A stretch of DNA of 64,000 nucleotides from Candidatus Krumholzibacteriota bacterium. GTDB taxonomy: Bacteria; Krumholzibacteriota; Krumholzibacteriia; JAJRXK01. Every line of letters begins with the position of its first letter. The first letter of the stretch is position 1. The position numbers were made by a program, and so were the translations under genes. The notes under the pieces were generated by a model. That model had not been told where the DNA came from, searched no databases, and saw only the letters and a program-made list of their open reading frames with translations. Shown one piece after another: positions 1 through 11,080 of this stretch. The stretch lies in contig CAVXTH010000009.1 in NCBI GenBank assembly GCA_963764625.1, positions 608,001 to 672,000 on the forward strand, read 5' to 3'.

Positions 1-3000
1 CCTGACGCTGGCGCGCGGCCTCGCGTCGCGTCTGAAGTAGTCTTCCATCCGCGAACACCTCGTCTAAGGGGAGCGAGGCCGGCGCCGAAGTCGTAAGCGG
101 CACCGAGGCGAGAGAGGGTTCCGCGCCCGGCAAGAGCCGCCACAGCAACTCGTCCTCGCCCTACGGATTCCAGGAAGAAGTCCGCCTCTGTCGCGAGCGA
201 CCCTTCCGTCCTGAGTTCCAACTGCGCCGCGTGGGCCCGGGATGCCAAGAGCTCGGAGAAGCTCTGCGCTCGCTCGGAGGGGCCCTCGAAGCTCAGGCTG
301 CGGCCTCCCGCCACCACCAGACGACGCTTGGCCCGCGTGAGCGCCACGTAGAGCAGACGAACTCGTTCGAAGCCCTCCACCCGCTCGGCGCGATCCTTCG
401 CCAGGGCATAGCCCAGGCTCGGATACCCCATGAGCAGGATTTGCAGCCCTTCCTGCGGCTGGGGAATCTTCGTGCCTTTCCAGGCGTTGTGGGGTGGAGG
501 TGGGTTCTTGTGGCATTGCAGCAGGTAGAGGTGGGTGAAGTCGAGTCCCTTCGCCTTGTGGATGGTCATGACGCGCACCGCGTCGCGTGACCCCACCTGG
601 AGCTGCGCGTCCTGGGTCTGGAGCCCCTCCGCGATACCCCGGCGCAGCTTGGACAGGAACCCGCGGGCGTCATCTCGACCGCTGCACAGCGCGTCCCGTA
701 GCTGACGAAAGAAGCGCTCGAGGTTCGCCACCCTGTAGAGACCCAGGTAGCGAGACCCATCCCGCGCCTCCACCTGAGTCCACTGGCGCAGCTTTTTCAG
801 GAAGGTCTCCGGACGATCGACGCGCAAGGACTCACGCAGACTCGCGAGCTGGCGAATCGAGAGGCACAGGCATTCCTCCCATCCTTCGATGCGTTGCCAG
901 GACCCGGTCTCGCCCGCGAGCTGCCGCGCGGTGTCGCGGGCCGCGCTCGTGAGTTTTTCGATCAACTCGGGCTCGGGCCCGCGCAGGCGAGTCATGTCGT
1001 GAGGAAACCCGCGTTGCCACAGTCCCAGAAGTGCAGCATCGGGAACACCCACCCAGGCCGAACGCAGGAAGGCGAGCAGCGAGAGGTGGTCCGCCGGCTC
1101 CACCACGGCGGCCAAAAGCGCGGTGGCGTCGAGGATCTCCCGGCGGCGAAAGTAATGGCGGTCACGCTCCACCGAGTAGGGAACGTGCGCCCGGCGCAAT
1201 TCGGTCAGATACGTTTCCAGATCACTGGTGGAGCGAAAGAGGAGACCGACGCTCGACCACTGGAACGACGGCCCCACTTCCTCTTGAAGCTCCCGCAGAT
1301 CGACGGCCAGAGCGCGGGCCTCGAGTTCCGTCGTTTCCGCGCGCGTCATCGACTCGCGACCCTCTCTTGTGGGCAGACTCGAGACCCAGTGCTCGATGGG
1401 ACGCCGCCGCTCGCTCGCGTAACCGCGAGCGTTTGCGTTCGCCGCCGAAGGCAGAAGAGACTGATAGGGAGGTTGTAGCTCCTCGTGCGCCTGCATGATA
1501 GGAGCGATGGAGCGGTTGACCTCGTCCAAGATTCCCGGCACCGAGCGAAAGTTGACGCTCAGCCGCCGCCGCTTCAGTCCCTGCCCTTCCAACTCGCTCA
1601 CGAAGCGGTCGTAGGCGGATAGATCGGCCCCCCGCCAGCCGTAGATACTCTGCTTGGGGTCACCCACCAGAAAGAGCCCGGGCCGGTCCTCCGCGGGGCC
1701 ATTCAGGGCGAGCTGCCGGATGATTTCGCACTGCATTTGGTTCGTGTCTTGGAACTCGTCGACGAGGATCTGATCGATTTCCCGCCGCAGGATTCCCCGG
1801 ACCGTCGGATTGGCCCGGAGAAGATCGCGGGTCCGGCTGAGGAGATCCTCGTAGCTCACGACCCCGTTCGCGTGCAGGCGCCTCTCCACTTCCGCAAGCA
1901 GCGGAGCCAGAGTCTCCATCGCCGCTTCGAGCAGGCGCGGACGAAGTTTCTCCAGGCCCTCGATGAGCTGTAGCAAGGCGGGGGAGGTCGTCACGAGCAG
2001 AGACTGCCATTCGTCACTGAGCGCTTTCGACTCGCCGCCACTGAAGCTCGACTTCCTCCAATCCCGGAGGCGTTTCTTCGCTCCCTGTACGTCCTCGCCG
2101 AGCGCCGACTCGAGGAATCGCTCCAAGCCATCGCGCGATTTTGGCGCCGAGTCGACGAGCAGGGCGGACGTCGAGCTGATCCAACGGCTGAAGCACGCCG
2201 TGTTCGCATTGCGCGGGATGTCTTTCAGGGCCGAGACGAGTTCCTTCGGAACTTGCCGCAGATCCGTCTGCAGCCGGCGCGAAAACTCCCTCAGCTCGGG
2301 CTCGGCGAAGGGAGAGCGCTGCAGCTCCTCGGAGCGGATGTCGTGTTCGATCAAGGAACTCAGCGCATCCGCGAGATCCCCGGACCCTGGCCGTCTTGTG
2401 CCAGTGTACCCAGGGCCCCGCTGAGCTCCTCGTTGTAATCCGAGTGGAGATGCTCTTCCACCACCTCCTGAGCCAGCTCGCGTCGCATGGCTCCATCCGC
2501 GTCGACCTGGAAGTTGGGATGCAAACCCGCTTCCAGGGGAAAGCGGACCAAAATGCGAGAGCACCAGGCGTGGATGGTGTGAACTTGCAGATGCTCCAGC
2601 GCGGTCAAGAGGGATTCCGCGCGCTGCCCCCTCTGCTCGGGTTGCGTGGGGAGATTGGCCTCCGCCAGGAATTGCGGCGTCGCTCCCCGCGCGATCTCCG
2701 CCAGGACCTGCCCGGTGCGCGTCTCCATTTCCGCGGCCGCGGCCTCGGTGAAGGTGATGGCGACGACTCCATCCAGGACGGAAGCAGCCAGGTCTTCTTC
2801 GCTGAGTTCGAGAGTGCTTGCTTGCCGAAGGCTCTCTTCCTTTCGCGCCCAACCCGGCCCCATGATCCAGGAAATGATTCGCGCGATCAGAGCGGTAGTT
2901 TTCCCGGTTCCCGCCCCGGCCTCCAGAACGAAGGGCGCCTCGAAGATGGTTTGCGCCTCTGCGCGCGCGCGCGTATCGGCCTCGCGCGATGCAAGCGCGC

Positions 3001-3034
3001 TCGCCTTGGAGAGTGCGTCCTGCGCGCGTTTCAT
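1..3034 (-). CDS. addA: AddA/UvrD-like helicase-nuclease subunit; one frameshift, runs off the window start
   Basis: The N-terminal ORF has Walker A AGAGTGKT and AITFTEAAA. After a missing G in a G-run (~2378-2381) another frame stays open to position 1 and contains ILVDEFQDT, VGDPKQSIYGWRGAD, VMTIHKAKGLDF and LLYVALTRAK. Start overlaps the addB stop (ATGA). Confidence 0.9.
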
Positions 3035-6000
3035 CCCTTCCCTCCCGGAAGATCCCAGAGGGCGAGCATGCGCTCCTCGTTCGCGCTGAGGGCTTCGTCC
3101 TGTTCTCGCCGCGCGCGCAGCTTCTGGAAGTATTCGAACTGGCGTCGGTGGCTCTGACTGTCTCCGCGAACACAGGCCAGGGATACTTCGCAGTATTCGC
3201 AGCGACGCGGTTCTTCTCTCTTCAAGGGTTCGCTGAGCCGGGGAAAGAAAGTTCCGCGCGTCCGTGCATACTGCAGCACGGCGACCACTCTCCGGAGCGC
3301 CTCCACCAGTTCAAAGTCATCCCCGCGGAAGTCGATCCAGCGGGAGGAGGTCTTTGCGTCGGGTCTCAGGTGCAGGTACGAGCCCTGCCCGACCCCCCCT
3401 TGCGTTCGTTCCACTCCGAGAGCGTAGCTGATGCCTTGCAAGCGAGTACCCGAGCGAAGGGCAGCCAGCAGATGTCGTCGGCGGGCCTCGTCTCGCGTCA
3501 CGTCGATGAATGGGGCGGAAGTCTTGAAGTCGATGAGTCGAAGTTCGTTCAGGCGCCGCTGGGCGAGATCGGCGCGAAACGAGAGAAGCATCTTCGAGCC
3601 ATCGGGCAGGTCCAGCTCGGCTTCACCATTGAGTTCGCTTCCCACCACTCGGGGAGGGGCTGGTTCGAAGAGTTCCTGGCGGCACACCTCGAGGTACTCA
3701 TGCGCACGGGTCGCGAGTGCCCGGGCCAGGCCCGGCAGAGCCAGACCTTCTTCGCGGAGCACTCCGAGCGCCGCCTCCTCGCACAGCCGCGTGAGTTCCT
3801 GCGGCTCGGGCCAGGGCACCTCGATTCCCGCCTCGTCGGCCACGGTGGCGAGTCTCCCGTCCACCGGGGGAGGGACGATGCGCTGCACGATCCGCTGCAG
3901 GGTGCCGTGAACCACGCTCCCCACGCGTCTCGGATCCAACAGGGGCAGCGTGGCCAGCGGATCGGGAAACGGCTCGAGTCGCAAGATTCTCTGGAGAAAG
4001 TGAGCCCACGGACATTCCGCGAGTGCCTCCAAGCGGGTGACGTAGCTCTCGGCGCGTTGCAACGGCGGCCACGAGGCGGCCGAGAGCCCAGGCCCTTCCA
4101 TCCAGGGACCGAGGTCTGCTGAGCCCTGTGGCCAGCGGTCCCTCTCCCGCAAGACGGCCCAGGCGGCACGGGACCAGGATTCTGGATTCGACGGCATGAG
4201 ATCCCCACCCTGCGAAGCTTCCAGCGTCGGCGCCAAGAGCGCCACGAAGCGCTCATCGTCGTCGCGCAAAGCGGCCTCCAGAAGATGTTCCTGAAGCGGC
4301 CGTGGGCGGAACACGGAGGTTTCGAGTTCGAAAAGAGAGGGGGAAGAGAACGCGTCTTCTTTTTCCTCCAAGCGCAAGCGCTGGACGAAGGGGGAGGGGG
4401 GCGTGGGCCGTCCATCGTCGTCGGTAGTCCACCACGAGAGTGTCACCGAGGGTGCGGACGAGAAAAGTTGCGCGAAGAGAAAACGCTCCTCTCGACCACG
4501 CTCTCGTTTGCTCTTCAAGTCGGGCAGAACTCCTCGCAGTTTGACCCGCACCCGATCGGGCAATAGAGCATCCTCCCTGACGCTGGCGGGAAAGGCAGCT
4601 CGATTGAGGCCGACGAGATAGAGATGGGCGAAGGTGAAGGCCCGCGCCTTCGTGACGTCCAGGATTTGGACTCCGCCGCGATTCCCCGCGTCCTTCGAAC
4701 TCTGCAAATTTTGGAGTTCGTCCTCGAGAAGGTCGAGAAACTCCTGGTGCGAGATCGTAAGCGCGGTGTCAAAGCCACGCAGCAGAGTCTCCAGCCGCGC
4801 CAGCGCATCGGCGCTCTCGCTCTTGAGAGTCCAGCCCAGAGTTTCGCGGACGAACGAGCGCAGAGAGGCGGCGTGCTGGGGCAACCCCTGTTGTTTCGGT
4901 CCCGCCAGCAGGCGACGCGTGAGGTCTCGCGCGCCGTTGCGGAGAGTGCGCAGGCCAAGTTCGGAAAGAGATTCGCGAGGGAATGCGCCGGACTCGTTTC
5001 CCTCCTCGTCGTGCCGTAGCTCGAATCCATGGCGGATGGGTAACTCGAGCCGTGGGGCATGCGAGGCGATCTCTTCGTCGCTCAACGCCGCGAGCTGTCC
5101 CAATCGCCCCAGCCCCAGAGTCGCGGCCGCGAGACGGAATCTCCAGGCATCTTCCTCGTGTTCGTTGAGCTCGAGCCAGCGATCCACCGGAAGACTCGGG
5201 CCGCGCCGCAGCAGTTCCACCAAGCTCATCAGTCTTCGTCTGGTGGGGTCGACGCTGCCGGTGGCTTGTGGCGCGCGCCAGGGTACCCCGTACTCGTCCA
5301 GCGACTCGGTGAGGTCCAGGAAATGTCGATCGAGCGAGCGGGCAACGATCGCCACGCTTTCTGGCACCGGAGGATTCTCCCCGTCCAGGAGGGCGCGAAG
5401 TCTCCGGGCCACTTCCCGGGCCTCGGCGCGCGCGCCGGGGGCGCAAAACGCGGAGACTTGAGGGGGATCGGTTTCAGCCTCGGGCAACTTGGCGCCCTCT
5501 CCCAGCCTCAGTCCGAAGGGTCGCGAGAACTCGATTCCCAGATCGGGTCTAGCGGCTCGCGCCGGATCGCGCGGCCGGTCCAGGAGGATCAGAGCATTCG
5601 GGTGGTGCAGGAGTGCCTCGAGGAAGTCCGTCACCACTCCGGTCGCGTCGGCGAATCCATGGATGAGAATTCCCCGGGCAAAACTTCCCGCGTCTTCGCG
5701 CAGGATAAAGGCGACTTGGGTGATGAGATCGTCTCGCGTGAGAAGACCGATTTCCCGGAAGCGCGCGCTCGTGCCGAGGGTCAACTCGAGGATGGCGCGG
5801 GCGCGGCGAAACGACTCGGTCCCCTTCATCTCCTCCAGAGAGTCGAAGAGCGCATCGCTCAGCTCGGGTGAACACTCCGCGTGAAGGAGATCATCCACCG
5901 AAGAGACGACGGCGCGGGTCCCCTGGACCAGGCCGCGCAGCATCTCGCCAAGAACGGGGTGGGAGTCGGCTTCGCGCCGTACCAAGAGTGAGAAAAGGGA

Positions 6001-6273
6001 ATCGTGCGTCGTACTCGAGCGTGTCGGGTCGCGTTCCCAGAGTTCTCGCGCGAGTTGAAAATGGGTCTGGACCACGATCCCGGCCGCGCCGCCCCGATGG
6101 GCGCAAATCCGCGCCGCCACGTGTTCCTGGAGGGTGCGCGAAGGAACCACGATGCGGAGAGGTTCCCCTAAGAGGCTCGGATCACGGGTGAGAAGAGCTT
6201 GATCCTCATCCACGCTTGTCAGCAGGAGCGCTTCCACGGCACGAGCGCCAGCTGCGGTGAGGATTCGACCCAT
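3031..6273 (-). CDS. addB: AddB-like PD-(D/E)xK nuclease subunit with 4Fe-4S cysteines
   Basis: 1080 aa with a degenerate helicase-like body. C-terminal nuclease motif RADL...IDFKT and cysteines ECPW...CEYCEVSLAC. Coupled to addA. Confidence 0.85.
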   Translation of the reverse strand: MGRILTAAGARAVEALLLTSVDEDQALLTRDPSLLGEPLRIVVPSRTLQEHVAARICAHRGGAAGIVVQTHFQLARELWERDPTRSSTTHDSLFSLLVRREADSHPVLGEMLRGLVQGTRAVVSSVDDLLHAECSPELSDALFDSLEEMKGTESFRRARAILELTLGTSARFREIGLLTRDDLITQVAFILREDAGSFARGILIHGFADATGVVTDFLEALLHHPNALILLDRPRDPARAARPDLGIEFSRPFGLRLGEGAKLPEAETDPPQVSAFCAPGARAEAREVARRLRALLDGENPPVPESVAIVARSLDRHFLDLTESLDEYGVPWRAPQATGSVDPTRRRLMSLVELLRRGPSLPVDRWLELNEHEEDAWRFRLAAATLGLGRLGQLAALSDEEIASHAPRLELPIRHGFELRHDEEGNESGAFPRESLSELGLRTLRNGARDLTRRLLAGPKQQGLPQHAASLRSFVRETLGWTLKSESADALARLETLLRGFDTALTISHQEFLDLLEDELQNLQSSKDAGNRGGVQILDVTKARAFTFAHLYLVGLNRAAFPASVREDALLPDRVRVKLRGVLPDLKSKRERGREERFLFAQLFSSAPSVTLSWWTTDDDGRPTPPSPFVQRLRLEEKEDAFSSPSLFELETSVFRPRPLQEHLLEAALRDDDERFVALLAPTLEASQGGDLMPSNPESWSRAAWAVLRERDRWPQGSADLGPWMEGPGLSAASWPPLQRAESYVTRLEALAECPWAHFLQRILRLEPFPDPLATLPLLDPRRVGSVVHGTLQRIVQRIVPPPVDGRLATVADEAGIEVPWPEPQELTRLCEEAALGVLREEGLALPGLARALATRAHEYLEVCRQELFEPAPPRVVGSELNGEAELDLPDGSKMLLSFRADLAQRRLNELRLIDFKTSAPFIDVTRDEARRRHLLAALRSGTRLQGISYALGVERTQGGVGQGSYLHLRPDAKTSSRWIDFRGDDFELVEALRRVVAVLQYARTRGTFFPRLSEPLKREEPRRCEYCEVSLACVRGDSQSHRRQFEYFQKLRARREQDEALSANEERMLALWDLPGGKG

Positions 6274-6287
6274 CGGTAAGCTTCCGG

Positions 6288-8012
6288 CTACTGCTTCTTC
6301 ATGGCGTTGACTTTCTTATAGTACTCGTCCGCCGCGTCCTTGTCGCCGAGCTTCCCATAGCAGATCGCGATGTTGGTATAGGAGCGAATCGTCTCCTTGA
6401 GATCGGTGGCGTCGAGATAGGTGTCGATCGCTTCCTTGTACTTACCTGCCTTTTGATAGGCGAACGCCAAATTGAAGACCGCGATCTCGTTGTCGGGACG
6501 CAGCTTCACCGCCGCGGTGAAGGACTCGATGGCATCTTCGAAGCGCTCCAGTTTGATCAGGCTCTGGCCGCGCCCGTAGTAGGCGTTGAAGTCGTCGGGC
6601 GCCATGGCCGTCACCGACCCGTAGGTCTCCGCCGCATCCGCGTATCGACCAATCTTGGCCTGCGCGTAGGCCAGCTGATACAGGTCACCGGCGGTGGGCC
6701 CGAACTTGTCCACCAGCTTCTCGGAAAGATCCGCCGCCTTCTTGTAGTTGTCCGTCTTGCGGTACGCGGCGGCCAGAGCCCGGTAGGCATCCTTGAGCTC
6801 GGGATCTTTCGAGATCACTTCCTCGAGCAGCGGGATGGCGCCCCGATAATCGCCCGATTTCGACCGCACCACGGCCTGATTGTACTTCGCGTTGACGCCC
6901 CCTTCGCCGCGTGCCGTGGCTCGAGCCAGAGCTTTTTGCGCTCCGCGCGTGTCCCCGAGCCGTGCCAACACTCCGCCCAAGAAAGCACTCGCTCCCGGAT
7001 ACTCCGAGTTGGCGGCGAGTGCTTCCTTGTAGAAGCGTGCAGCCGCCTCGAGGTCTTCCTTGTATTCCGCCACGCGTCCTCGCAGGTAGGCGTTGGTGCC
7101 GGCGGGAGCGTTGGGGTATTCGGTGGCGAGGGTCTCGACCGAATCGGGAAGCTGCTGCGCGAGGAGGATCTCCGCCGCGGCGGTCCACGCGGTCACCGGA
7201 GCCGACTTTGACTGACGCGCCCGTGCCATCCACTTCAGCGCCTCGTCGTCTTTCCCCGCGTCTTGGGCTTCCTTGGCCAACTTCATCTGGAGGCCCACCC
7301 GCCGCGCCCGCAGATCGGCGAAGTCGCCCCCCACGAGCAGAGTCTCGTGCTTGTCCATTTCGGCCACGGCGCCGGCCATGTCATCTTCATCCTCATGGCT
7401 CTGGACGAGACGCCGCAGCATCTCGGCCTTGTCGCTCGCCTTCACCCCGAGCATGCGCAGTCCCGATTCCCAGTTCGCGCGGGCCTTGACCATCTGATCG
7501 AGATGGCTGTAGGCATCCCCGAGCAAGATGTACCCGCGTCCGTCCTCGGGGGCGAGGTTGCTGAAGGCGGTGAGGGGCTGGATCGCCTCTCTCCACGACT
7601 TCATCTTGATGAGCGCCACCGCCAGATTGAGGTGGGTCAGAGGCTCTCCCGGCGCGCACTGAATCGCCGCGATGAACGCGTTGCGCGCTTCGTCGTACAT
7701 CTTCTCCTTCGTATAGAGGATGCCGAGCTCGGTGTGCGCTTCCCCGTCGTAGGGGTCCTTCTTGATTTTTTCCTGAAGCTCCATGATGCGAAGCGCGGAG
7801 TCCGCGGGAATCTGGTCGGCGGTGGAATCGGTCGGGGCCGCGCTCACCGCAGTCGAGTCCTGCGCGAGAGAGACGAGGGGGGATCCCAAGAGCAGAGGGA
7901 AGACGACCAGCAAGAGGGCGGCGCCCATCGCGAACATGGCGGTGGGTGAATTCGTCACGGCGGTACTTCTACCGCGCGGCGAGAAGGCCGGGGTTCGTGC
8001 TTGCTTCCTCAT
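6288..8012 (-). CDS. Exported/membrane-anchored tetratricopeptide repeat protein
   Basis: Start placed at MRKQART (ATG 8012, GAGGA upstream; 7937 is an alternative). Hydrophobic leader then many TPR units (AHTELGILY, AYYGRGQSL, AVFNLAFAYQ). Confidence 0.85.
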   Translation of the reverse strand: MRKQARTPAFSPRGRSTAVTNSPTAMFAMGAALLLVVFPLLLGSPLVSLAQDSTAVSAAPTDSTADQIPADSALRIMELQEKIKKDPYDGEAHTELGILYTKEKMYDEARNAFIAAIQCAPGEPLTHLNLAVALIKMKSWREAIQPLTAFSNLAPEDGRGYILLGDAYSHLDQMVKARANWESGLRMLGVKASDKAEMLRRLVQSHEDEDDMAGAVAEMDKHETLLVGGDFADLRARRVGLQMKLAKEAQDAGKDDEALKWMARARQSKSAPVTAWTAAAEILLAQQLPDSVETLATEYPNAPAGTNAYLRGRVAEYKEDLEAAARFYKEALAANSEYPGASAFLGGVLARLGDTRGAQKALARATARGEGGVNAKYNQAVVRSKSGDYRGAIPLLEEVISKDPELKDAYRALAAAYRKTDNYKKAADLSEKLVDKFGPTAGDLYQLAYAQAKIGRYADAAETYGSVTAMAPDDFNAYYGRGQSLIKLERFEDAIESFTAAVKLRPDNEIAVFNLAFAYQKAGKYKEAIDTYLDATDLKETIRSYTNIAICYGKLGDKDAADEYYKKVNAMKKQ

Positions 8013-8109
8013 CGTAATGCCATCCTCGTTTTTATAGACCAATTTGGTGGATAAGTTGCCCAATCCGGCGAAAAGACGCAATAATGGCGCTTTTCCGGCC
8101 GATTTCAGC

Positions 8110-9088
8110 TCAAACCGAGCGGTTGAGACCGCAGGCCTCACGGCATTCCTCGATGGTTTGTCTTGCCAAGACCCGGGCTCGACGGGCGCCTTCTTGGAGG
8201 ACGTCTTCCACCAGCGAGGGCTGTTGCTGTAGTTCGCGGAAGCGCTGTCGAGCTGGGGCGAAATGGCGCATCGATCTGGGCGAGAAGTCGTTTCTTCGCC
8301 TCTCCGTAGCCGATCGAGCCCTGACGATACTCCGCTTCCATTTCCTCGATTTCTTCCCCGCTCGCGAACAGCCGGTACAGACCGAAAACGTTGTCGTCCT
8401 TCGTGGGAAGTGGTTGTCCCAAGTCGATGGGCTTGGTCACGATTCCCATTACCGATTTCTTGAGGGCTTTCCCTTCGGCGAAGATCGAGATCGTGTTGTC
8501 GTAGCTCTTGGACATCTTGGCTCCGTCGGTACCGGGAACCTTTGGGCTCTCGCTCAACCTCCACTCGGGACGCACGAGGACCTCTTTGCCATAGGTGCCG
8601 TTGAAATAGCCGGCCATGTCCTGCGCCATCTCCAAATGCTGCACCTGGTCCTGCCCAACCGGAACGAGCTCGCCCTTGACGATGAGAATGTCCGCCGCCA
8701 TGAGCACCGGGTAGTAGAAGAGCCCCAGGCTGGGCTTCAGTCCGCGGCCGATCTTGTCCTTGTACGAGTGGGCGCGCTCGATGAGGCCCATGCCGGTAAC
8801 GGTCGCCAGCAACCAGGTGAGCTCGGTGACCTCCGGGACGTCGCTCTGGCGATAGAATACCGTCCGCTTCGGATCGAGCCCCATGGCGAGGTAGGTGAGG
8901 GCCACCTCCTGGACGTATTCCCGCAAGCGGGAAGGGTCCTGCACGGTGGTCAGGGCGTGGTAGTCCGCGATGAAGTAGAAGCACTCGTTCCCGGGTTCAT
9001 CCTGCAACTGGAGATGCTGCTGGATGGCGCCGAAGTAGTTGCCCAAGTGCAACTTTCCCGTGGGTTGCACGCCCGACAGAATGCGCAT
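8110..9088 (-). CDS. trpS: Tryptophanyl-tRNA synthetase (frameshift near 8265)
   Basis: SGVQPTGKLHLGNY (HIGH), VPVGQDQVQH and KMSKS. Removing one C near 8265 restores a normal tail (HFAPARQRFRELQQQPSLVEDVLQEGARRAR...) ending at TGA 8110-8112. Confidence 0.95.
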
Positions 9089-9259
9089 GAGATTCCCACC
9101 TCAGACTTCAGGGCCTACCAGGCGAGCTCACCGAGCTTTGGGCGCGAGCGAAGAACGAGTCCGAATGGGGGAGGCTATCGCGTCGTCCCCGCATCGTCAA
9201 CCGAGCCCTGAATTCACCGATCACCGGCCGGATCGAGGAACTTGAACGCCGCGGCGGAA

Positions 9260-10642
9260 TCAAGCGGGAGTCTGGGGAAGCCGAGCCGCGACCTCGCGAA
9301 TCTGATCCAGGAGTCGATCCAGATCCCCCCGCGCCAGCTCGGGATTCACGGTGACCAGTCGGATGACGCTCACTCCCTCGACCTGACCGTAGCCGATCTT
9401 GGCGAGGCCGCGCTCGGCCAGTTCCTGACAGATCCGCTCGCTGCTCTTGCCCTCCACGACGAAGCAAACCGTGATGCACGTAGGTTTCTCGATCAGACGA
9501 AGCCCATCGGTTGCCTCGATCCGCGCGGCGGCATGGCGCGCGAGCTCGAACTGTCGCTCCACTCTCTTTTCCCATCCCGCGTCCCCGAAGTAGCGCCAGG
9601 CGGCCCAGAGTTTCAGGGCGTCGTTTCGTCTTCCGCAGTGGAGGTTTTGATTGCCCGGATTCACCGCGTCATCGTCCGCCTGGAAAAGATACTCCGCGGT
9701 TTCACTGAGACTCGCGCGCAAGAGTCCCGGCTCTCTGCACAAGAACACCGAACAGGGCAGGGGGACCCCCATCATCTTGTGAGGATCCCAGCTGAGGGAG
9801 TCAGCTAGCTCGATTCCCCGCAGAAGGGGACGCCGCCGCGCCGAGAGGGCGACCGAGGCGCCGAAGGCGCCGTCGACGTGCAGCCATAGTCCGCGCGGGC
9901 CGGTGATCCGCGCGAGCTCGTCCAGGGGGTCGAAGGCGCCGCGCACCGTAGTGCCGGCGGTCGCGTTCACCAGAAACGGGGTCCTCGAGGCGTGCAGGTC
10001 GGCTTCGATCTGGCGTTCCAACTCCTCGGCTGACATTCGGCCGCGCTCATCGACCGCGATCCGGCGCACGTTCTCACGCCCGATTCCCAGAATTCCGGCC
10101 GCCTTCACCACCGAGTAGTGCGATTCGGTCGAGGTGTACATCACCGGCCGTTGGCCGCCCGGACCCTCTTCTCTCCAGCCGGGAAAGGCCCGGTTTCGCG
10201 CCAGCAAGAGCCCGAGCAGATTGGAGAGGCTTCCCCCGGCCTGGAACGAGCCCTCGGCCCGGGGCATGCCCACGATTTCGGCCATGTGCCGCAGCAGGGC
10301 GCGCTCGAGCAGGATCTGCGGCCCGGCCGCCTTGTAGGTGTACATCGAATTGTTGAGGATCGCGCTCAGGACCTCCCCCGCCACGGCCGCGTTCTCGCGG
10401 CCCCCGAAGAGCTGGTTGAAGAAGTGTCGGGAGTTGGTGCGAGGGGTGCCCGCCGCGAGGGTGATGAGCTCGTCGATCACCTGGTCCAGGCTCTTGCCTT
10501 CAGGGGTGAGAGTCAGATCGAGTTGGTCCCTGACGGTGGAGGGAGGCAGGGAGGGCAGGACGGGGCGTGCGCTTTCCTCGGAAAGAGCTTCCCGCAGCAG
10601 GCGATGCACCGACTCGAGCAACTCGGCATTCTTCTCTTCCAC
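9260..10642 (-). CDS. Group II PLP-dependent decarboxylase (GAD/CSAD-like)
   Basis: FFNQLFGG, HYSVVKAA, ATAGTTVRGAFD, LHVDGAFG and PLP-lysine motif SWDPHKMM. Confidence 0.9.
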   Translation of the reverse strand: MEEKNAELLESVHRLLREALSEESARPVLPSLPPSTVRDQLDLTLTPEGKSLDQVIDELITLAAGTPRTNSRHFFNQLFGGRENAAVAGEVLSAILNNSMYTYKAAGPQILLERALLRHMAEIVGMPRAEGSFQAGGSLSNLLGLLLARNRAFPGWREEGPGGQRPVMYTSTESHYSVVKAAGILGIGRENVRRIAVDERGRMSAEELERQIEADLHASRTPFLVNATAGTTVRGAFDPLDELARITGPRGLWLHVDGAFGASVALSARRRPLLRGIELADSLSWDPHKMMGVPLPCSVFLCREPGLLRASLSETAEYLFQADDDAVNPGNQNLHCGRRNDALKLWAAWRYFGDAGWEKRVERQFELARHAAARIEATDGLRLIEKPTCITVCFVVEGKSSERICQELAERGLAKIGYGQVEGVSVIRLVTVNPELARGDLDRLLDQIREVAARLPQTPA

Positions 10643-10781
10643 GCGTCAGCTCCCAGACGAGAGTCCTTGGGCCAGAGGGAGCATATCGACTCGCGGCGCG
10701 AGTGCAAGCCAGGGCTTGGATCGAACTCCCTCGTGGGGCTACAATGCATGCACTGTGATTCCCTGCCGCGTCGAGGTGCCC

Positions 10782-11048
10782 ATGGCTTGTCTGCGTGATA
10801 TTCTCGTGACCTGGGTGGACAAGGATGTGACGGTGGTGAACCCTCGCAGTTTCTCCGAGTCCGTCATGCGGGACACCGTGCAACTGGAGACTTACCTTGC
10901 GACCATTACCGAAGTAGGGGAGGACTACCTGCGATTGGGCTACGAGGCCCCCAAGAGAAAAACCCTGGAGAAAGTGGATCAGATCGTGCCGCTGCGGGAA
11001 ATCCGTCGGCTCAGCCGGTGGGGCGGCGAGCTGATTCTCCATCTCTGA
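10782..11048 (+). CDS. Small hypothetical protein (88 aa), possible Sm-like fold
   Basis: ATG with GAGGT RBS. Natural-looking sequence MACLRDILVTWVDKDVTVV...; fills the gap between two minus-strand genes. Confidence 0.7.
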   Translation: MACLRDILVTWVDKDVTVVNPRSFSESVMRDTVQLETYLATITEVGEDYLRLGYEAPKRKTLEKVDQIVPLREIRRLSRWGGELILHL

Positions 11049-11080
11049 TTCGCGCGTGGGCCGAAGGCCACGCGACGGAA

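Noticed and set aside
8047-8055. DnaA-box-like TTATCCACC on the minus strand
   Set aside because: Single mismatched copy with no origin context.
8013-8984. N-terminal 324 aa of the 898-aa ORF
   Set aside because: Out-of-frame overlap with trpS; the TPR protein starts at about 8012.
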